Shown here piece after piece: positions 1 through 10,102 of a DNA stretch of 64,000 bases (the first letter of the stretch is position 1; each line of letters opens with the position of its first letter). Below the pieces are notes generated by a model. It did no database searches, was not told the DNA's origin, and saw only the letters and a list, made by a program, of their open reading frames with translations. Position numbers and translations under genes: made by a program. The stretch is from Chthonomonadales bacterium (GTDB taxonomy: Bacteria; Armatimonadota; Chthonomonadetes; Chthonomonadales; CAJBBX01): positions 128,001 through 192,000 of the forward strand of contig JBBIPC010000001.1 of NCBI GenBank assembly GCA_037443035.1. Reading direction: 5' to 3'.

Positions 1-154
1 CCACCTGCAAGTCGGCAAAGCAGCTACCGTCGCTCAACTGGATGAAATGGACGCCCTTGCTATCCCGCCGTGTCTTGACCCAGCCCCGGGCGCGATGTCG
101 GCTGCCGACCGGCGACTGCAGAATGTCGCGGATGTACTCGCCAGGAGCGATCAT
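1..154 (-). CDS. asnS: Asparagine--tRNA ligase, N-terminal part (runs off window; not in ORF track)
   Basis: Manual translation from ATG 154: MIAPGEYIRDILQSPVGSRHRARGWVKTRRDSKGVHFIQLSDGSCFADLQV; GWV.TRRDSK...DGSC is the AsnRS anticodon OB-fold start; 5 bp downstream of leuS stop. Confidence 0.85.
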   Translation of the reverse strand, partial: MIAPGEYIRDILQSPVGSRHRARGWVKTRRDSKGVHFIQLSDGSCFADLQV

Positions 155-159
155 CCGAA

Positions 160-2832
160 TCACTCCTTGCCCACCGTGAAGCTTATGAGGCGATCCGGTA
201 CGAGCACAGTCTTTCGAATCTCCTTGCCACCGAGCGCTTGCACGACCTTCTCGGACTCCATGGCTATGGCGCGCACGGTCGGCTCGTCAGCCCCAGATGG
301 CACGGTGATGCGATCTTTCACCTTGCCATTGACCTGTACGGCAATCGTGACCGTTGCATCTGCCGCAACGGTCTCCTCATAGAGTGGCCAGGTCGCATGA
401 TATGTGGAACTCTCGTGCCCCAGTGCTTCCCACACTTCGTCGGCTATGTGGGGCGCGAACGGAGCCAGGAGTAGGACGAGTGTGTCCAGGGCCTCCCCTA
501 CGACGGCGGGATTCGCCTTCGACTTATCACCGTCCGGAGGATAGTAGAGATACAGGTCGTTGACAAGCTCCATCAGGGCCGCAATAGCGGTATTGAGGCG
601 GAACCGGTCAATGTCTTCGTCCACCTTGCGAATCGTCTTGTGGAGCTTGCGTAGGATCGCCCTGTCGGTTTCTGGTGCACCGGCGAGAGCGTCTCCCCGC
701 AATCGTCCTGCCGCCTGGTGTGCAAGTGGCATGGCTGCTCTGATCCACTTCCACGTTCGATGAAGGAAACGCAGCGCCGCATCAACTCCTTCTTCGTGCC
801 ATTCGATGTTCGACTCGAAGGGCGCCACGAACATGATATGGAGACGCAGAGCGTCAGCACCGTATCGCTCGATCATGGACTCCGGCGTCACGACATTTCC
901 CTTGGACTTCGACATGCGGACCCATCGCCACACTATCTCTTCTTTGGGAAACGTGGCGAGCTCATTGGGCCGGAGCACGATCCAGTCTATGATCTGGTCC
1001 GACTCTTCGGCCTCAGTTGCATCGGAGGATTCGCCGGGACGTGGCCGCCGGCCGGGCGTGAGTGCGAGAACCGCTCCCTGATTCCGGAGTCGAGTGAACG
1101 GTTCGGTGAATCCTACGAGACCCGCGTCGTACATGACCTTGGTCCAGAATCGGGCATAGAGCAGATGCATGACGGCGTGCTCTGCTCCACCCGTGTACAT
1201 GTCGACTGGCAACCAGGCATCTATTCTCGATCGGTCGGCGAAACATTGGGCGTTATGGGGATCGGCGAACCGGAGGAAGTACCAGGACGAGCACGCGAAT
1301 CCGCCCATCGTATCCGTTTCCCGTCGGGCCGCGGTGCCACATTGCGGACACTCAGTGCGAACGAACTCGGGGATGGTGGCAAGGGGCGACTCACCGGTAC
1401 CGGACGGTTCGTAGTGTTCGACGTCGGGCAGAAGCACTGGTAGCATCTCTTCGGACACGGGAACCTCCCCGCATCTCGGACAATGAACGATGGGGATGGG
1501 AGCCCCCCAATAGCGCTGTCGGCTGATAAGCCAGTCCTTCATACGATAGTTCACGCGACCCCGGCCGACGCCGCATTCCTCTAGCCATCGTACGACCGCA
1601 GCTACTGTGCTCTTATCGTTCGGCAGTCCTGCGAACGGCGCCTTCGGCGTCAGTGCGCGCGGACCTGGCTCGAAATCGCGCATGACGCCGCCATCTGGCA
1701 GTGCCATAGTCATCGCGTCGCCGGTCTGCGGCCCTCCGTCGGTGACGTAGACAAGCTCGATGGGTATGCCGTACTTGCGTGCGAATTCGAAGTCGCGCTG
1801 GTCATGAGCCGGCACGGCCATGATGGCACCGGTGCCGTAGCCCATCAGCACGTAGTCTGCTATCCAGATGGGGATATGCTGACCATTGACTGGGTTGAGT
1901 GCATAGGATCCTAGGAAGACGCCTGTCTTCGTCCGCTCGATGGCCATCCGCTCGATGTCGGTGCTCATTTGTGCGCGCCGTATGTAAGCTGCCACCTCGT
2001 CTTGTCGTTCTGGTTGGGTCAGTTCCGGGACGAGCGGGTGTTCGGGAGCCAGCACCATGAATGTTGCGCCCCAAAGCGTATCTGGTCGTGTCGTGTAGAC
2101 CGTAATGGTCCTATCCGTGCCGACAACAGGAAAATCCACATCGGCGCCTTCGCTCCGTCCTATCCACTCGCGCTGCTGCAGTTTGATGCCCTCTGGCCAG
2201 TCCAGTTGATCCAGATCCTCGAGCAGACGATCAGCGTACGCGGTGATCCGGAAGTACCACTGCTGCATAGGACGCCGCTCGACAACGGTGTCGCATCTCC
2301 AGCATCGCCCTTCCTTGACCTCTTCGTTGGCCAAGCCAGTGCGGCAACTAGGACACCAGTTGATAGGAGCCTCGGCGCGATAGGCCAGACCTCTCTTGTA
2401 GAGCAATAGGAAGAACCATTGCGTCCATCTGTAGTACTCGGGATCGCTGGAGTTGATTTCGCGATCCCAATCATAGCTGGCGCCTATGAGCTTCAGCGTG
2501 CGCTTGTAGTTCGCGGCGTACTCCGGGACCATTTCTCGAGGGTGGCGCTTCCTTCGGATGGCCTCGTTCTCAGCCGGCTGACCGAACGCATCCCATCCCA
2601 TTGGGTGGAGCACGGCGTATCCCTTCATGCTCTTGTGTCGGCAGAACGCATCTGCCGGGGCGTAGTTCTTGCAGTGACCTACGGAAAGCCCTGCTCCAGA
2701 AGGGTAGGGGAACATCTCCAAGACGTAGTAGTGCGGTTTGTCAGCCCCGTCATCGGCGCGGAACGTCTTCTCTGCTTCCCAGCGTGCCTGCCACTTAGGC
2801 TCTATCTTCCGGAAGTCGTAGCGATCGTCCAT
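160..2832 (-). CDS. leuS: Leucine--tRNA ligase
   Basis: MFPYPSG, PMGWDAFG, Zn knuckles, editing-domain TTRPDT and GTGAIMAVPAHDQRD, DWLISRQRYWG, C-terminal VQVNGK; HIGH and KMSKS appear as SVGH and RMSKS. Confidence 0.98.
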   Translation of the reverse strand: MDDRYDFRKIEPKWQARWEAEKTFRADDGADKPHYYVLEMFPYPSGAGLSVGHCKNYAPADAFCRHKSMKGYAVLHPMGWDAFGQPAENEAIRRKRHPREMVPEYAANYKRTLKLIGASYDWDREINSSDPEYYRWTQWFFLLLYKRGLAYRAEAPINWCPSCRTGLANEEVKEGRCWRCDTVVERRPMQQWYFRITAYADRLLEDLDQLDWPEGIKLQQREWIGRSEGADVDFPVVGTDRTITVYTTRPDTLWGATFMVLAPEHPLVPELTQPERQDEVAAYIRRAQMSTDIERMAIERTKTGVFLGSYALNPVNGQHIPIWIADYVLMGYGTGAIMAVPAHDQRDFEFARKYGIPIELVYVTDGGPQTGDAMTMALPDGGVMRDFEPGPRALTPKAPFAGLPNDKSTVAAVVRWLEECGVGRGRVNYRMKDWLISRQRYWGAPIPIVHCPRCGEVPVSEEMLPVLLPDVEHYEPSGTGESPLATIPEFVRTECPQCGTAARRETDTMGGFACSSWYFLRFADPHNAQCFADRSRIDAWLPVDMYTGGAEHAVMHLLYARFWTKVMYDAGLVGFTEPFTRLRNQGAVLALTPGRRPRPGESSDATEAEESDQIIDWIVLRPNELATFPKEEIVWRWVRMSKSKGNVVTPESMIERYGADALRLHIMFVAPFESNIEWHEEGVDAALRFLHRTWKWIRAAMPLAHQAAGRLRGDALAGAPETDRAILRKLHKTIRKVDEDIDRFRLNTAIAALMELVNDLYLYYPPDGDKSKANPAVVGEALDTLVLLLAPFAPHIADEVWEALGHESSTYHATWPLYEETVAADATVTIAVQVNGKVKDRITVPSGADEPTVRAIAMESEKVVQALGGKEIRKTVLVPDRLISFTVGKE

Positions 2833-2861
2833 GAATCCACCCTCGCGTGTTTGAGCACGTC

Positions 2862-2891
2862 ATTATAGTCGGCCAGCTTGAGATGCGTCAA
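2862..2891 (-). promoter_or_regulatory. sigma70-type promoter for leuS-asnS
   Basis: Minus strand TTGACG (2891-2886), 18 bp spacer, TATAAT (2867-2862), about 30 bp upstream of the leuS ATG. Confidence 0.75.
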
Positions 2892-2927
2892 ACGGACAAT
2901 CTCGGCCGGTCGTCGCGACAAGATCGC

Positions 2928-3677
2928 TCAGAAAATGCCGTCGGGCCTGGCTAGGATCACGAGCAGATCGAACGTCACTGCACAAGCCCAATGGAGGCAG
3001 AATCCAGGGTAGAACGAACGTGCCCGGAGCGCAAGGTGACCAAGCACAAGCCCGGCGATGAAGGACCCGGCGAACTCCGGCCATGGCTTGCCATAGTGCA
3101 TGAGTCCGAACGCCGCGGCCTGGGCGATAACCGCTATCGTCGATCCGAAGCGACGCGCAAGGCCGAAGGTCAGATAGCCCCTGAAGAAGAACTCCCATCC
3201 CAACATGTAGAGGCCATACGTCAGCTCGAAGTAGATCAGGTGAGGCCACGAATAGGCTGCCTCTTGCTGGATGGGGTAATAGGCCATGAACTCGGGTCGG
3301 CGCGAGGCCAGGAACAAGGGGAGCAGCATGGCGACGTACAGGATGAGCACCGTACGCCACACCTGAGACCGAGGACGCCACCATCCGAAGAGGTGCGGCC
3401 CCTCGCGTGGTAGAGCGTAGATGCTGAGCATCGGTAGGAGCACCAGCCCTGTCAGGTTGACGAGCAAGTACTCCTCCCAAGAGCGTGGACCGCCGCACCC
3501 GCGACCTAGGGACCATACTGGGCACGGCTGCAGGTTGTACGCGGTCAGGGCGACCACCACCAGCGCGCCGACAGCCAGAACTACGAGGGAGACGCGCAGG
3601 TTACGCAGGGTTCCTACCGCCGGAGCAGTTCTGGCTTGGTCGGCATGGACATTGGCAGTGCTCTCTACATCAGACAC
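2928..3677 (-). CDS. CPBP (CAAX/Abi) family intramembrane metalloprotease
   Basis: WEFFFRG, FGLMHYGKP and LH motifs, multiple TM segments; start GTG 3677 chosen because it overlaps the upstream stop (uncertain). Confidence 0.85.
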   Translation of the reverse strand: MSDVESTANVHADQARTAPAVGTLRNLRVSLVVLAVGALVVVALTAYNLQPCPVWSLGRGCGGPRSWEEYLLVNLTGLVLLPMLSIYALPREGPHLFGWWRPRSQVWRTVLILYVAMLLPLFLASRRPEFMAYYPIQQEAAYSWPHLIYFELTYGLYMLGWEFFFRGYLTFGLARRFGSTIAVIAQAAAFGLMHYGKPWPEFAGSFIAGLVLGHLALRARSFYPGFCLHWACAVTFDLLVILARPDGIF

Positions 3678-5041
3678 GCTCGCTGAATCCTGTGTGCAGC
3701 TTGGCGCATCCTGCGACGCGCCCATGTCAGTCTCTCGCAGCGCACGCGGCCACGTTCGGCCACTACTTCCCCATTCACCATCGTCAGCATGACATCGTGG
3801 CACGCCGCCGCATGGACAACGGCCTGTACTGGATGATAGCACGGTTGCATGCGCTGGCCCACACGGACTGCGGTCAGATCGGCAGCTTTGCCGACGTGGA
3901 GGCTTCCGATGAGGCGATCGAGTTCTAGTGCTCGTGCCCCACCTTGTGTCGCAAGTGCCAGCATGTCGCCCGCGACTGGGGTCTCGGCGCGACGCCACAT
4001 AGCACGCTGCACCAGCAGACCCAGCCGCATCTCCTCGAACATGTCTGCGTTATTGCTACTCACGGCGCTATCGGTTCCCAGTCCCACGCAGGCATCAAGC
4101 GTGCCAACAGCCCGTGATGCATCCTTGGTGGTGTGCGTTATGAGTGTAGCTAGATGCGCAGCACCATTCCCCAGCTTGGCGTTCGAGCGCGGACAGTACG
4201 CAACACCTGAACCGGAGCGCTGGAGGATCTCCATATCCTCGCTTGTTAGGGACACGCAGTGGACGAGGAGGGTAGATGGACGCAAGACATCGAGGTCCGC
4301 CAGGTAGCGCAACACTCCCATCCTGGGTGCTTGCCAGTGGATTCGGCGTTCCTTGAGTCGAGCTGCCCGTACACCTGTGCCTGTGAGGAGCAGCTCAAGC
4401 TCCGGCTGGGACTCTGCCGCGTGGATGCAGACTGGCAGCCGGTGCTCTTGGGCATATTGTGCCGCTGCACGCAGCAGCGCCGGACGCACGGTGTACACGC
4501 TATGGGGTGAGATACCGACTCGTACGAGTGTCGGATCCGTGTGACGCGCTAGCACCGCCAGTTTCGTGCGTAGGCGCTCCAGCGCGACTTCCAGGGGCAC
4601 GTCCTCGCCAATACCGAATACCTCCTGGTACACGATGCCCCGCAGCCCCACGGAGCTCAGGCCGTGGGCGGCCGCGCCGGAGTCCGTACAGTCGGCGACG
4701 GTTGTGACGCCTCCTCGCGCAGCCTCGGCGGCGCCGCAGATGGCCGACGCAATCCAGTCGTCGGGTTCCAACAGCGCCTTCAGCTCCATGAGCCGATCCA
4801 GCCACGGAAACATGGGAATGTCTTCCACCGCTCCACGAAGCACTGTGTACTCCAGGTGCGTGTGCGCGTTCACTAGACCAGGCAAGAGAATCGCATTGCC
4901 GAGGTCTCGTGCCTCTGTGCAAGGCTGCCCGTCTATTCGTCGGGCGCGAACCTCCACAAGGAGCCCGTTCTCGATTACGACCTCGCCGTCCTCCAGCACG
5001 GTGGCTGAGTCGGGGAGGACCCACTTGGCCCTGAGTCGCAT
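3665..5041 (-). CDS. Amidohydrolase, MTA/SAH deaminase-like
   Basis: PGLVNAHTH, SPHSVY, IHAAES, LGTDS, GSLHVGKAADL; start ATG 5041. Confidence 0.88.
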   Translation of the reverse strand: MRLRAKWVLPDSATVLEDGEVVIENGLLVEVRARRIDGQPCTEARDLGNAILLPGLVNAHTHLEYTVLRGAVEDIPMFPWLDRLMELKALLEPDDWIASAICGAAEAARGGVTTVADCTDSGAAAHGLSSVGLRGIVYQEVFGIGEDVPLEVALERLRTKLAVLARHTDPTLVRVGISPHSVYTVRPALLRAAAQYAQEHRLPVCIHAAESQPELELLLTGTGVRAARLKERRIHWQAPRMGVLRYLADLDVLRPSTLLVHCVSLTSEDMEILQRSGSGVAYCPRSNAKLGNGAAHLATLITHTTKDASRAVGTLDACVGLGTDSAVSSNNADMFEEMRLGLLVQRAMWRRAETPVAGDMLALATQGGARALELDRLIGSLHVGKAADLTAVRVGQRMQPCYHPVQAVVHAAACHDVMLTMVNGEVVAERGRVRCERLTWARRRMRQAAHRIQRACLM

Positions 5042-5046
5042 GGTGC

Positions 5047-5685
5047 TCAGAGTGGGCTGGCCCAGAGTATCTCGACCTGACTCCGACTTAGGTTCTTGGT
5101 ATGGCCATCTCCGTGCAGCACGCAATAGCGCATCTGGTCGAAGATGAGGCCGCCATGCCACCGCCCGCTGGCGTCGAAGAGGACATTGATGGAGGCTGGT
5201 TCCCGCATGCTAGTCTCACCCATGCGGCGGAAGGCGATCTCGGTACGATAGTTGTAGCTCGTACCGAACTTCTCGAAACTGCTCGGACGTGCATCTAGAG
5301 GTACACCTGTGAAGTCTTCGACATCGTAGCCGGTATCCGATGGGCACCGGAAGAGGTTCTTGGAGCGAATGTAGGGCTGCAGGACCTCGTGAATCATAGG
5401 CATGAATGGTATCTGGGCCTGGAAGTCAGGGTAGGGATCCCAGATCTGCGGCGTGTACTTATCCGTCGGGTCTACCGCCCATGGATAGATGTCGTCGTAA
5501 TCCTGGGCGTACATACGGATCGCCAGGCCGGTCTGCCGCAAGTTCGACACGCAGGTTATCTCCCGCGCCTTGCCACGTGCAGTCATGAAGACGGGGAACA
5601 GGAGGCCAGCCAACACCGCAATGATCGCAATCACGGTAAGCAGTTCGATGAGGGTGAAGCCTCGGCGAGCACTTGGATCGAGCAT
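5047..5685 (-). CDS. Prepilin-type N-terminal cleavage/methylation protein (DUF1559-like)
   Basis: RRGFTLIELLTVIAIIAVLAGLLFPVF, AREITCVSNLRQ, YAQDYD, C-terminal H...DGH; AAGGAG SD before ATG 5685. Confidence 0.9.
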   Translation of the reverse strand: MLDPSARRGFTLIELLTVIAIIAVLAGLLFPVFMTARGKAREITCVSNLRQTGLAIRMYAQDYDDIYPWAVDPTDKYTPQIWDPYPDFQAQIPFMPMIHEVLQPYIRSKNLFRCPSDTGYDVEDFTGVPLDARPSSFEKFGTSYNYRTEIAFRRMGETSMREPASINVLFDASGRWHGGLIFDQMRYCVLHGDGHTKNLSRSQVEILWASPL

Positions 5686-5784
5686 GGTACGGTCTCCTTG
5701 GGGCCTGTGTAACGTGAATACTACCTCGACGCATGTTCGGGTTTCACTGCGACAAACGTGAGGACGCATACGTACGGACATTCG

Positions 5785-7404
5785 ATGCAACCGACACAAG
5801 ACCAGTACGATATCATCGTAGCCGGCGGCACCGTCTTGGACGGTGAGCTCGACTCGCCTTTCAGGGCTGACGTTGGTGTCGTGGACGACAGGATTGCTGC
5901 GGTCGGAGACCTGTCCCAAGCACGCGCCGGCCGCGTCGTCGCTGCATCCGGCAAGCGCGTTGCGCCGGGCTTCATTGACATACACACCCACTCCGACATT
6001 TCCGTCAGCTTCCACCGGCCCATGCTCAGCATGATCTCGCAGGGCGTCACGACGCAGGTGGTGGGCAACTGCTCTCTTTCACTGGGGTTGGCGTTGGACC
6101 GCCCGGAGTTCGCGTTCGAGCGGACTTGGTTGGAGAGCCATGGCGCCAGGATCGTGTGGAAAGACATGGCGACTCACCTGGACGTTGTACGTGACAACGG
6201 CGTGGCAACGAATTACGTGACGCTTGCGGGCCATGGTACGATCCGGAAGCGCGTGATGGGGATGGCCGACCGTCCAGCGCAGCCTGATGAGATCGAGGCC
6301 ATGAAGCGACTCCTCGTCCTGGCTTTGGAGCAGGGAGCATGGGGCCTGTCCACTGGCCTGGAGTACACGCCTTCGGGCTATGCGAATCTGCAAGAGCTGG
6401 TGGCTCTGTCGGCAGTCATCAGGCGTTACGGAGGCATCTACGCGACGCACCTCAGGAACGAGGGCGACGCGCTGCTGGAAGCCGTGCAGGAGGCCCTCGA
6501 CGTGGGAGAGACGGCCGGTGTCTCCGTACAGCTCTCCCACCATAAGGCAGAGAATCGTCAAAACTGGGGAAAGGTACGCGCAACCCTCCGCATGGTAGAA
6601 CAAGCAAGGGAGCGTGGAGTTGATGTCTGGCTCGATCAGTATCCGTACACGGCGTACATGACCAACCTGGGCATTCAGATATTGCCACGTTGGGTGCTCG
6701 AAGGCACGTCGGACGAGATAGTATCGCGTCTGAGCGATGCCGCGAGTCGTTCTCACATCTTGCAACGGCTGGTGGCGCAGCATCCAGACTGGGCGGATGA
6801 CTCAGGCGACGGACCCTGGTCGAGGGTGGAAATCGCAGTGGCTCGTAATCATCGCGAGTGGCAGGGGCGAAGCATCGCAGAACTCGCCCGGACGATGGGG
6901 AAATCGGGCTTGGAAACAGCCGTGGACATCATCTGCCAGGAGAGGAACATGGCGGCGGCCGTGAACCACGCCATCAGCGAATCGGACGTCGAGACCGTTC
7001 TCAAACATCCGCTGACGATGGTGGGGTCGGACGCGGTCGGAACCGGTCCAGACGGCAAGACGGGCGAGGATCGGGTTCATCCTCGATGTTACGGTACCTT
7101 TCCTAGAGTGCTGGCCCGCTACGTGCGCGACGGAAGGGCAATCAGCGAAGCCGAGGCGGTCAAGAAAATGACGAGCATGCCGGCGCGAAGGCTGCGACTC
7201 GATCATCGCGGGCTCGTGCGGCCTGGGTACTATGCTGACCTGGTGATATACGATCCGGCAACGATCCGGGACGTGGCTACCTACGAAGAACCGCACCGGC
7301 TGGCAGTCGGCATCGAAGCAGTCTTGGTGAACGGTCGCCTGGTCTGGCAGAATGGAGCCTGGACTGGGCTCTTGCCCGGACGTGTTCTGCGCCGGAATGG
7401 GTAG
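5785..7404 (+). CDS. N-acyl-D-amino-acid deacylase (D-aminoacylase)
   Basis: PGFIDIHTHSD, GVTTQVVGNC, STGLEYTP, HLRNEG, HPRCYGTFPRVL. Confidence 0.92.
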   Translation: MQPTQDQYDIIVAGGTVLDGELDSPFRADVGVVDDRIAAVGDLSQARAGRVVAASGKRVAPGFIDIHTHSDISVSFHRPMLSMISQGVTTQVVGNCSLSLGLALDRPEFAFERTWLESHGARIVWKDMATHLDVVRDNGVATNYVTLAGHGTIRKRVMGMADRPAQPDEIEAMKRLLVLALEQGAWGLSTGLEYTPSGYANLQELVALSAVIRRYGGIYATHLRNEGDALLEAVQEALDVGETAGVSVQLSHHKAENRQNWGKVRATLRMVEQARERGVDVWLDQYPYTAYMTNLGIQILPRWVLEGTSDEIVSRLSDAASRSHILQRLVAQHPDWADDSGDGPWSRVEIAVARNHREWQGRSIAELARTMGKSGLETAVDIICQERNMAAAVNHAISESDVETVLKHPLTMVGSDAVGTGPDGKTGEDRVHPRCYGTFPRVLARYVRDGRAISEAEAVKKMTSMPARRLRLDHRGLVRPGYYADLVIYDPATIRDVATYEEPHRLAVGIEAVLVNGRLVWQNGAWTGLLPGRVLRRNG

Positions 7405-7449
7405 AACTTATCGCAGGCGATTCGGCACCACGCGCGGCCCAGACTGCTT

Positions 7450-8601
7450 CTAGCGGATTCCTTCTTCTGAGAGCGCCTTGAAGAGTCGGTCGGGCTCGAA
7501 GCCTTCTCCCTTGTAGATCACCTTGCCTTCGCGGTTGAAAACGACGTTGGTGGGATAGGCCCGGACACCGAACATGGCCACCAAGTCCGTCGGTGTCTTG
7601 TTGAGCGCCACCGGGAACGTAAGGCCACGCTCCTGAGCCCACCGTTTGACTTCGTCCCTGGATTCGCCCGTGCCGTTGACAGCAATCACCTCCAGACCCA
7701 GTTGCTTGAGCCGATCGTACACACTCTGCAGTTGCACGACCTCATCGTTGCAATAGGGGCAGGACGTGAAGAAGAAGGTCAACAGAATGACGCGACCCCG
7801 GAGGTCGGAGAAAGTGATCCGGCGACCGTCTACGGTCTCTGTGGCCATCGGAATGGGTACTGCGGGCTCTTCGGGCGCTGGCAGAACCCGCGCCTTGATA
7901 GATCCAGAAGGAAGCTCGAGGCGAAACACGCTGTCGTCTAGTTTGGTGTCGAACGACACCGCGGTGACCGTCTCGACGATCTCGGGAGTCCCTTTCCGGT
8001 ATAGTGCCACGCGGCGGACGAGCCAATCGTCCTGGGTAATGTACACTCGGGCTGTGTAGTCGGCGTCGTAGTCGAACGTGATGACATAAGCTAGCGCATC
8101 GCCGAAGCCCTGAGGGCCGGACAGAGTACCAGCATACAATCGGCCGATCAGCGGATCCGTTCGGTCTTGCCACCGGCCCTGGAGCAACACTGTGATGAGG
8201 CGCGTGGCCGGTGCCGGGAGTGTCACGCCGGCAAGAACGTCCGCTCCGATGAGTTGCTTGGGCGCTTGCTTCTGCGTGAAAACCTGGCGTAGCATACGCA
8301 GCGCAGTGAGCTCGCGTCCATCGCAGGCGATTTCTGTATCGAAGTATGCCCCTCGAGCTGATAGACGGAACAGGTTGGGACGCTTCGCCGCCACTGCCAC
8401 CGTCGCTCTGTATTGTTTCTCGCCGAGGGTGCGGGTCCACTCCGTAGATACGCGCATTGTCTGCGCGGCTCTGTAGTTCGCTGCCGTCTTCATGAGCACC
8501 TGCTGCAAGTCGAGTGGGCCTGAGTGGGCGTGAGCGGTTCCCGCAAGTAGCGCACACAGTGCCGAGCTTGCGACGTACTCGATTCCACGCAGTGTTCTCA
8601 T
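7450..8601 (-). CDS. Secreted LolA-like (DUF2092-type) domain fused to TlpA/ResA-like thioredoxin
   Basis: Signal peptide ending AHA; LolA-like beta-rich region (KRPNLFRL...CDG); C-terminal CPYC and cis-Pro AYPT motif. Confidence 0.75.
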   Translation of the reverse strand: MRTLRGIEYVASSALCALLAGTAHAHSGPLDLQQVLMKTAANYRAAQTMRVSTEWTRTLGEKQYRATVAVAAKRPNLFRLSARGAYFDTEIACDGRELTALRMLRQVFTQKQAPKQLIGADVLAGVTLPAPATRLITVLLQGRWQDRTDPLIGRLYAGTLSGPQGFGDALAYVITFDYDADYTARVYITQDDWLVRRVALYRKGTPEIVETVTAVSFDTKLDDSVFRLELPSGSIKARVLPAPEEPAVPIPMATETVDGRRITFSDLRGRVILLTFFFTSCPYCNDEVVQLQSVYDRLKQLGLEVIAVNGTGESRDEVKRWAQERGLTFPVALNKTPTDLVAMFGVRAYPTNVVFNREGKVIYKGEGFEPDRLFKALSEEGIR

Positions 8602-8609
8602 CGCATCAC

Positions 8610-9266
8610 CTATCCAATCCCGAGCCACGTGTTCATCAAGAACCACACGCGGTCAATGAGCAGCGCCATTCGAGCCATGACCGTCGAGCCGAAAATGGCG
8701 CCGAAAGCGAACATGAGCATGAGCCTGCCGGTCCGAGCCGTGGTGCGCAGTACCGGGTTCTTCTGCTCGAAGGAGAAGAAGAAATACGTCATTACGGTGA
8801 TGATAATGACGACGAAGATGATGTTGTTCAGGGTCTGGCCCAGCGCGGTAACCGAGCTGCCAGGCGGCAGCATATTCTGGGTCACCCAGAGAGGCTTGAA
8901 CGAGCCGCGGATCTGCGGAATGTACAGGTTGGCGGTCGCCTGGAACGACTGGCCAGCGGCGAAGCCGAGAAGGATGCCGATGGAGAGCCGGCTCATCCAG
9001 TTATAGCGCTTGGTGAAGATGGTGTAGAAGAGTAGCCCTCCAAAGAGGGCGAAGACCCACGGCCACTGGCCGTCCCGTGTCATGGGCGTCCACCACTGGG
9101 GTTCCAGTATCTCGTGCCACGCTGCCTTGATGGTGTACCCCGCCGCCAGGCCGATGAACATGTGCTCGAACAGCCGGTACAGCCGGTTCTCGCGGTAGAT
9201 GAGTGAGAAAAGGGCGAGCGTGCCGATGGCGCCAATCCAGACTCCTATGGGATGGGACCACTGCAT
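8610..9266 (-). CDS. Uncharacterised polytopic membrane protein (DUF6754 operon)
   Basis: About 6 hydrophobic segments; YRENRLYRLFEH and FGAIFGSTVMAR motifs; ATG 9266 in TGATG overlap with upstream stop. Confidence 0.8.
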   Translation of the reverse strand: MQWSHPIGVWIGAIGTLALFSLIYRENRLYRLFEHMFIGLAAGYTIKAAWHEILEPQWWTPMTRDGQWPWVFALFGGLLFYTIFTKRYNWMSRLSIGILLGFAAGQSFQATANLYIPQIRGSFKPLWVTQNMLPPGSSVTALGQTLNNIIFVVIIITVMTYFFFSFEQKNPVLRTTARTGRLMLMFAFGAIFGSTVMARMALLIDRVWFLMNTWLGIG

Positions 9267-10102
9267 CAGGCGTTCCCTCCTCTCCGCTTGGCTGCGTACA
9301 TACCGTAATTGCCCAGGCCGATCAGGACGAACAGCAGCACCAGAGACAACGACACTGGTGTAATGGCTCGGGTCGTGAAGCCCTTGATTCCCAACAAGCG
9401 TTCGTACTCGGCAGCCCCCTTGATGCCGAAGAGCATTCCCTTCATCTGGCCGGAGTCTATATACGTATACAGTTCTGGAGCCATGACCGAAGTAGGGGCG
9501 TAGCAGAAGGCAGCGTCCGTCGTACCGACCACGAGGCCAAGCCAACTGGCGTAGTTACCGCTAGCCGAGACCTCGGCGATGACATTCACGTCCTTGATGT
9601 TGTGAATGCCCTTCATCACGGGGAACTGGTCGAGCGGCTTGTCTTCCTGGGAGTCCCGCTTCAGCGTCTCCCGCATGTCCTTGACCATGCCCTTGAGCGT
9701 TCCCGCGATGTCAGCACGGTAGCCGAAGTTGATCCAGTCCCTGCCGTACTCGTAGTGGTACTGTTTAGCGAGCCCCTCCGCCACCTCCTGAGCGAGGATG
9801 GTGGACTGAGGATCGCCGAATGCGATGAGAGCGAAACGAAGTCGTTTGCGCATGAGGTGTTCCAGGATGACGCGGGTCTGAGGGCGGTTCTCCCCCTGTG
9901 TGCTGGCGCTCCACAGCGTCGAGACCAGCGCAATCTTGTTGGGATCTGCAGTCTCGATGGCCTGGTAGAAGCCTCGTGCCTGAGGCCCTACTGCCAAGGG
10001 TAGCGGAATGGGCACAAGAAGGCCCAAGACGACGATAATGAGCAGAGCAGCGTACAGGTAGCGCCGGTCAATGGCCTGTAGCTTCGTCCAGAAGTCGGTC
10101 AT
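9266..10102 (-). CDS. Uncharacterised membrane protein, TM - alpha/beta domain - TM (DUF6754 operon)
   Basis: IDRRYLY + TM helix, YGRDWINFGY, GIKGAAEYE, C-terminal TM + KRR; ATG 10102 in TGATG overlap. Confidence 0.8.
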   Translation of the reverse strand: MTDFWTKLQAIDRRYLYAALLIIVVLGLLVPIPLPLAVGPQARGFYQAIETADPNKIALVSTLWSASTQGENRPQTRVILEHLMRKRLRFALIAFGDPQSTILAQEVAEGLAKQYHYEYGRDWINFGYRADIAGTLKGMVKDMRETLKRDSQEDKPLDQFPVMKGIHNIKDVNVIAEVSASGNYASWLGLVVGTTDAAFCYAPTSVMAPELYTYIDSGQMKGMLFGIKGAAEYERLLGIKGFTTRAITPVSLSLVLLFVLIGLGNYGMYAAKRRGGNA

